A stretch of DNA of 64,000 bases from Alphaproteobacteria bacterium. Its GTDB lineage: Bacteria > Pseudomonadota > Alphaproteobacteria > Rhodospirillales > Rhodospirillaceae. The notes below the pieces were generated by a model that saw only the letters and a list, made by a program, of their open reading frames with translations, had not been told where the DNA came from and did no database searches. Location: NCBI GenBank assembly GCA_016869315.1, contig VGEM01000001.1, positions 4,340-68,339 on the forward strand, written 5' to 3'. Below are positions 59,943 through 64,000 of this stretch, in pieces (position 1 is the first letter of the stretch; every line of letters starts with the position of its first letter). Both the position numbers and the translations under genes were made by a program.

Positions 59943-60205
59943 ATGGAATTCGAATGGGACGCTGCGAAGGAGCGGGCGAATCGACGAAAGCACGGCGTCG
60001 GTTTTCGGATCGCGGCGCGGGTGTTTTTGGATCCCTATGCCCTTGCGTTTGACGATCAGGCGGATTTTGACGAGCTGCGTTTCAACGCAATTGGAATGGC
60101 GTCTCGTTTGTGACCTATACGTTGAGGGCCGCCGTAGTCCGCATCATCTCCGCCAGAGGAGCGACGCCGAATGAAAAGAAAAAGTACCACGAAGTTCAGG
60201 CTTGA
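59943..60205 (+). pseudogene. brnT: BrnT (DUF497) family toxin, frameshifted
   Basis: MEFEWDAAKERANRRKHGVGFRIAARVFLDPYALAFDDQADFDELRFNAIGMASRL* stops at 60111-60113. The conserved C-terminus [35 protein letters not shown] is in the -1 frame and ends at 60203-60205. Confidence 0.7.
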
Positions 60206-60527
60206 TACGAAGCGGCCACCCAAGGCCGATTGGCGGCGGTTTGACTCGATGACCTCCCAAGATCGGTACCGTGCGGCGGAATCCGATCCTGACAGCGCGC
60301 CGGCAAGCAAGGCGCAGCTGGCGCGGGCGCGCCGCGTCCCCATGGTTCACGCCCTCCGTCAGGAACTAAAGTTGACCCAGGAAGAATTCGCGGCTCGCTT
60401 CCATCTACCCCTTGGTACTATCCGCGACTGGGAGCAAGGCGCTCACCTTCCCGACCGCGCCGCACAGGTGTTGTTGAAAGTCATAGCGCACGAGCCTGAT
60501 GCCGTCGTGCGTGCATTGAAGCAGTGA
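60171..60527 (+). CDS. brnA: BrnA-type antitoxin (HTH, XRE-like)
   Basis: 118-aa ORF overlapping the brnT end. [40 protein letters not shown] is the typical BrnA HTH region. Confidence 0.75.
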   Translation: MKRKSTTKFRLDTKRPPKADWRRFDSMTSQDRYRAAESDPDSAPASKAQLARARRVPMVHALRQELKLTQEEFAARFHLPLGTIRDWEQGAHLPDRAAQVLLKVIAHEPDAVVRALKQ

Positions 60528-60552
60528 ATGCCAAGATCGCTGGAGCTCCCGC

Positions 60553-61176
60553 ATGAGCCACGATGACCATGATCACGACCATGATCACGACCATACCGAT
60601 CCGCCAGCGGAGACGGCGCTTCGGGTCAAGGCGCTTGAGACCTTGCTCACGCGGCGCGGCTATGTCTCGACCGAGGCGCTGGATGCCGTGGTCGACATGT
60701 TCGAGACCAAAGTGGGCCCGCGCAACGGCGCGCGCGTCGTCGCCAAGGCCTGGGCCGACCCTGCCTACAAGAAACGCCTGCTGGAAAGGCCGACTGAAGC
60801 CATCGCCGAATTCGGCTTCATCAACCGCCAGGGCGAGCATATGCGCGTGGTTGAGAATACACCGCGCGTTCACAACGTCGTCGTCTGTACGCTGTGCTCC
60901 TGCTATCCGTGGCCGGTGCTGGGGCTGCCGCCGGTCTGGTACAAATCGTCGGCCTATCGCGCCCGCGTCGTGATTGAGCCGCGGGCCGTGTTGTCGGAAT
61001 TCGGCCTGAAAGTTCCTGAGGACGTGGAAGTTCGGGTGTGGGATTCGACCGCCGAGCTTCGCTATATGGTGCTGCCCGAGCGTCCTGCCGGCACCGACGG
61101 CATGGGCGAAGAGCAGCTTGCGGATCTGGTGACGCGCGATTCCATGATCGGCACGGGCGGGACACGCACGCCATGA
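60553..61176 (+). CDS. nthA: nitrile hydratase alpha subunit, cobalt type
   Basis: The metal site V-C-T-L-C-S-C-Y (CTLCSC at 60886-60903) has the Thr/Tyr variant, which marks Co-type enzymes. The N-terminus is unusual: [16 protein letters not shown]. Confidence 0.9.
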   Translation: MSHDDHDHDHDHDHTDPPAETALRVKALETLLTRRGYVSTEALDAVVDMFETKVGPRNGARVVAKAWADPAYKKRLLERPTEAIAEFGFINRQGEHMRVVENTPRVHNVVVCTLCSCYPWPVLGLPPVWYKSSAYRARVVIEPRAVLSEFGLKVPEDVEVRVWDSTAELRYMVLPERPAGTDGMGEEQLADLVTRDSMIGTGGTRTP

Positions 61177-61844
61177 ACGGTTTGCACGACGTTGGCGGCA
61201 TGCATGGCTTCGGGCCGATCGAGATCGACCCCAACGAGCCTGTGTTTCATGCGCCTTGGGAAGGCCGCGTTTTTGCGATGGCGCTTGCCATGGGGGGCCA
61301 TTTCAAGATTCCGCTGGATCGCAGCCGGTTCTTGATGGAGTCGGTCGCGCCGATCGACCGCGTCGCCCTTGGTTACTACGAGCGCTGGATGAACCGCCTG
61401 TTTCAGGTCAGCGAGATGCGGGACATTCTCAGTAAGGACGAGGTTCGCGTTTGCAAAGCGGGGACAACGCCTGAGACCGGCAGCGTCCGCGCCAAGGCAT
61501 TGACGCGCGCCGATCTCGAAGGGTTGTTCAACACCATCCGCAGTTCCAGCCGTCCGATCACGGCGCGGGCCGCATTCAGGATTGGCGATAAGGTGCGGGC
61601 CAAAGTGATGAACCCGACCGGTCATACCCGAATTCCACGATATGTCCGGGGCCGCATGGGCGAGGTGATTGGCGATCACGGCGGTCACGTGTTCCCGGAT
61701 ACCAATGCGCTCGACCCGCCGCGTGAAGATCCATGCCGTCTGTACACCGTCAAGTTCGCCGCAACCGAGCTGTGGGGCGCCGAGGTCAACCGCCGCGATT
61801 CGGTCTGTGTCGAGTTGTGGGAGCGCTACCTTGAGCCGCTCTAA
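61173..61844 (+). CDS. nthB: nitrile hydratase beta subunit
   Basis: Start [36 protein letters not shown] (ATGA overlap with nthA). C-terminal block [13 protein letters not shown]...LYTVKF. Confidence 0.9.
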   Translation: MNGLHDVGGMHGFGPIEIDPNEPVFHAPWEGRVFAMALAMGGHFKIPLDRSRFLMESVAPIDRVALGYYERWMNRLFQVSEMRDILSKDEVRVCKAGTTPETGSVRAKALTRADLEGLFNTIRSSSRPITARAAFRIGDKVRAKVMNPTGHTRIPRYVRGRMGEVIGDHGGHVFPDTNALDPPREDPCRLYTVKFAATELWGAEVNRRDSVCVELWERYLEPL

Positions 61845-62187
61845 GGAATTCGCGGCACTGGTCCCCGACGGGCTCAAGACCGGTGGCGATCCGGTATTCG
61901 CCGAGCCCTGGCAGGCCGAAGCCTTTGCCATGACCGTGACCCTGCATCAGGCTGGCTGCTTTACATGGTCTGAATGGGCCGAGACGCTGGGCGCAGAAAT
62001 CAAGCATGCCGGCGCGGACGATGCCGGCGGCGCCAGGTACTACGCGTTCTGGCTTGCGGCGCTGGAGAAACTGGTGACCGCCAAGGGTCTGGCGTCACGC
62101 GGCGACATTGACGATATGGCTGCGGCCTGGCGCGACGCCTATCTGCACACGCCGCATGGCAAGCCGGTCGAATTGCCCGCGGCCTGA
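61831..62187 (+). CDS. nitrile hydratase accessory (activator) protein
   Basis: The frame overlaps the nthB end. GDPVFAEPWQAEAFAMTVTLHQAGCFTWSEWAETLGAEI matches the accessory-protein family. The start is uncertain (TTG 61831 proposed). Confidence 0.7.
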   Translation: MSRSKEFAALVPDGLKTGGDPVFAEPWQAEAFAMTVTLHQAGCFTWSEWAETLGAEIKHAGADDAGGARYYAFWLAALEKLVTAKGLASRGDIDDMAAAWRDAYLHTPHGKPVELPAA

Positions 62188-62261
62188 AATCCGATGGGTT
62201 TTCGCTTCGATCCGCGCTTTCGTGCGTTATTTTCGCTGATACTCGATCCTGGGGATGCGTC

Positions 62262-63278
62262 GTGAGCGTGAAAATTCATCGTCGAGCGTTTCACGGCTTT
62301 GCGGCGGGCGCGGGTGTTGCCGCGCTGTCAGGCCAAACGTGGGCCGCCACCAGTAAGTTCGCCATGATCACGCCGATCCAGCATCTGATCGGTTATGCCC
62401 CCTCGATGAATGCCGAAGTCGGCGGCCACTTTCGCCGGTACGGCCTCGAGGGCGACATCGTCGGCGGCGCCAATGCGCCGATGGCAGTGCAGCAAACGGT
62501 GGTGAAGCGCGTCGATGTCATGCGTGGCGCCGGCACCGACGTGGCGACCGCCGTCGCCAATCAAGGTGCGCCGCTGCGGGCGATTGGCACGATCTATCAG
62601 GCGAGCTCGTTCATTGTCATCAGTCAGGCATCGCGGCCGGTGCGTGCTGCGCGCGATTTTAACGGCATGACGGTCGGCGTCCCGGGGCGGAAAAGCGGGT
62701 CCGAACAGGCGCTCGACCTGCTGCTGCTGGGCGCCGGGCTCGATCTGGATATCGCCAAGCGCGAGTCCGTCGGCAACAGCCTCGGCGCCTGGGGTCTGAT
62801 GCGAGCGGGGCGGATCGATGCCGCGGTCTTGAGCGTCAGCGCTGCCGTGCAAATTCAAGACGCGGGCGAAGATCCGGTGCTGTGGCCGGTCGAGGAGTCG
62901 TATAAGGCGCCGGGCCAGGTCTATGCCATGCACCGCGATCGCCTGGCCGCCGAGCCTGAGTTCCCTGTGCGGTTTCTGAGAGCGATCCGGGATTCCATGA
63001 CCGAGCTGCGTGCGTCACTGGCCAACGGCAGCGCGCTCGACATCGTGAAGCGTATGGCCGAGCGTTATCCCATCGTCGGAAAGGACAACCCGCGCTTTCT
63101 GGTCAAGGCCATGACCGAGGAAATCAAGCTGTGGCTGTCCGATGGCGAGGAGAACCAACTTCGCAACATGCCCGAGCGCTGGAGCAGCATGGTGGCGAGC
63201 ATGGTCAAGGCGGGCATCATCAAACCGGTTGATGCGACATCACTGTACACAAACGAATATGTCGACCAGCTCGGCTAA
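62262..63278 (+). CDS. ABC transporter substrate-binding protein (NitT/TauT, NMT1/THI5-like)
   Basis: 338-aa ORF with a Tat-like signal (HRRAFHGFAAGAGVAALSGQTWA). It is followed by a matching ATPase gene. Confidence 0.7.
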   Translation: MSVKIHRRAFHGFAAGAGVAALSGQTWAATSKFAMITPIQHLIGYAPSMNAEVGGHFRRYGLEGDIVGGANAPMAVQQTVVKRVDVMRGAGTDVATAVANQGAPLRAIGTIYQASSFIVISQASRPVRAARDFNGMTVGVPGRKSGSEQALDLLLLGAGLDLDIAKRESVGNSLGAWGLMRAGRIDAAVLSVSAAVQIQDAGEDPVLWPVEESYKAPGQVYAMHRDRLAAEPEFPVRFLRAIRDSMTELRASLANGSALDIVKRMAERYPIVGKDNPRFLVKAMTEEIKLWLSDGEENQLRNMPERWSSMVASMVKAGIIKPVDATSLYTNEYVDQLG

Positions 63279-64000
63279 ATCGGCCTACGAAATCGAGCTC
63301 GATGCGGTCGAGAAGCGCTTCACCGCGCCGGATGGCACGGTTCACGCGGTTGCGACGACGTCACTCAACATCGGCGCGCGCGCGTTTGTCGTCCTGCTGG
63401 GACCTTCGGGCTGCGGCAAGACGACCTTGCTGCGGATGGCGGCGGGCCTGATCCGACCCAGCGCCGGCGAGGTGCGCGTGCGCGGACGTTCTTTGTGGTC
63501 CGGCGAGACGCGCGACGACGCGGCCGTGCAGGACCTCGGTATCGTCTTTCAGGACGCGAACCTGTTTCCGTGGCTATCGATTGCCGAGAACATTGCTCTG
63601 CCGTTGGCGCTCCGCGGCGTCGCGCCCGATGCGCGCCAGGCCAAAGTGAGCGAGCTGATGTCGCTCGTCGGCATCGCCGGCTTCGAGAAGCGCTGGCCGC
63701 GCGAGCTCTCGGGCGGCATGCGCCAGCGCGCGGCGATTGCCCGCGCCCTCAGTTATGATCCCGAAATTCTTCTGATGGACGAGCCCTTCGGCGCCCTCGA
63801 TGCTTTGACCCGCGATCAAATGAATTTGGAAATTCAGCGCATCTCGGCAAGCCGTGGAAGCACGGTGTTATTTGTCACGCACGCGATCTCGGAAGCCGTG
63901 TTCCTGGCCGATCGGGTGATTGTGCTATCACCGCGCCCTGGGCGGATCAGTGCGTCGATCGACGTCACCTTTCCACGCCCACGCGATCTCGATCTGCAAT
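63259..64000 (+). CDS. ABC transporter ATP-binding protein (NitT/TauT family), 3' end beyond window
   Basis: ATG 63259 overlaps the SBP gene end. Walker A GPSGCGKTT, Q-loop FQDANLFPW, signature LSGGMRQR, Walker B LLMDEPFGALD. The frame is open to the window edge and absent from the ORF track because no stop is reached. Confidence 0.85.
   Translation, partial: MSTSSAKSAYEIELDAVEKRFTAPDGTVHAVATTSLNIGARAFVVLLGPSGCGKTTLLRMAAGLIRPSAGEVRVRGRSLWSGETRDDAAVQDLGIVFQDANLFPWLSIAENIALPLALRGVAPDARQAKVSELMSLVGIAGFEKRWPRELSGGMRQRAAIARALSYDPEILLMDEPFGALDALTRDQMNLEIQRISASRGSTVLFVTHAISEAVFLADRVIVLSPRPGRISASIDVTFPRPRDLDLQ

Noticed and set aside
1-64000. Stop-codon reassignment or programmed readthrough of TAG/TAA as an explanation for the five in-frame stops
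   Set aside because: TAG and TAA terminate many clearly intact genes here. TAG ends dctM (3013), dctQ (4309), the RND gene (25371), the adaptor (28555), dmeR (46548-46550) and the helicase (51760-51762). TAA ends the genes at 14340, 33172, 36500 and 45162. Frameshifts, deletions and truncations co-occur, so ordinary gene decay or sequence error is more parsimonious.

Overview
High-GC, gene-dense chromosomal segment that looks alphaproteobacterial. That taxon call is an inference from gene content (Hsp20-DUF1150 pair, DmeR/DmeF, MipA, MnmC, TRAP and family-5 binding proteins). It holds roughly 60 protein genes and one tRNA-Arg(CCT). I saw no rRNA, CRISPR array, transposase or integrase.

Recognisable content:
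- Peptidases: S9 and proline iminopeptidase.
- Transport: a TRAP transporter, three orphan family-5 solute-binding proteins, and an RND efflux pair.
- Co/Ni handling: a NicO-type Ni/Co permease with DUF1007, DmeR/DmeF Co/Ni efflux, and a cobalt-type nitrile hydratase operon followed by a NitT/TauT-type ABC system.
- MnmC, a large patatin-like phospholipase, a DEAD-box helicase, Hsp20-DUF1150, and vapBC and brnTA toxin-antitoxin modules.

Two things stand out.

1. A co-directional seven-gene cluster at 35.8-44.5 kb that I cannot assign to any known pathway. It comprises an orphan ABC ATPase, a membrane-anchored ferrochelatase-fold protein, two tandem double alpha/beta-hydrolase-fold paralogues, and two tandem Tat-signal methyltransferase-fold paralogues flanking a small ORF. 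Every enzyme-like member departs from the catalytic signature of its fold. Distant paralogues lie at 31970 and 47683. This is my best candidate for an undescribed system.

2. An unusually high density of broken genes. Five otherwise continuous genes carry in-frame TAG/TAA codons. Several more carry frameshifts, an internal deletion or a 3' truncation, and short gene relics sit in intergenic spaces. One of the in-frame stops is inside the candidate cluster.

All family names are by-eye motif recognition. No searches were run.
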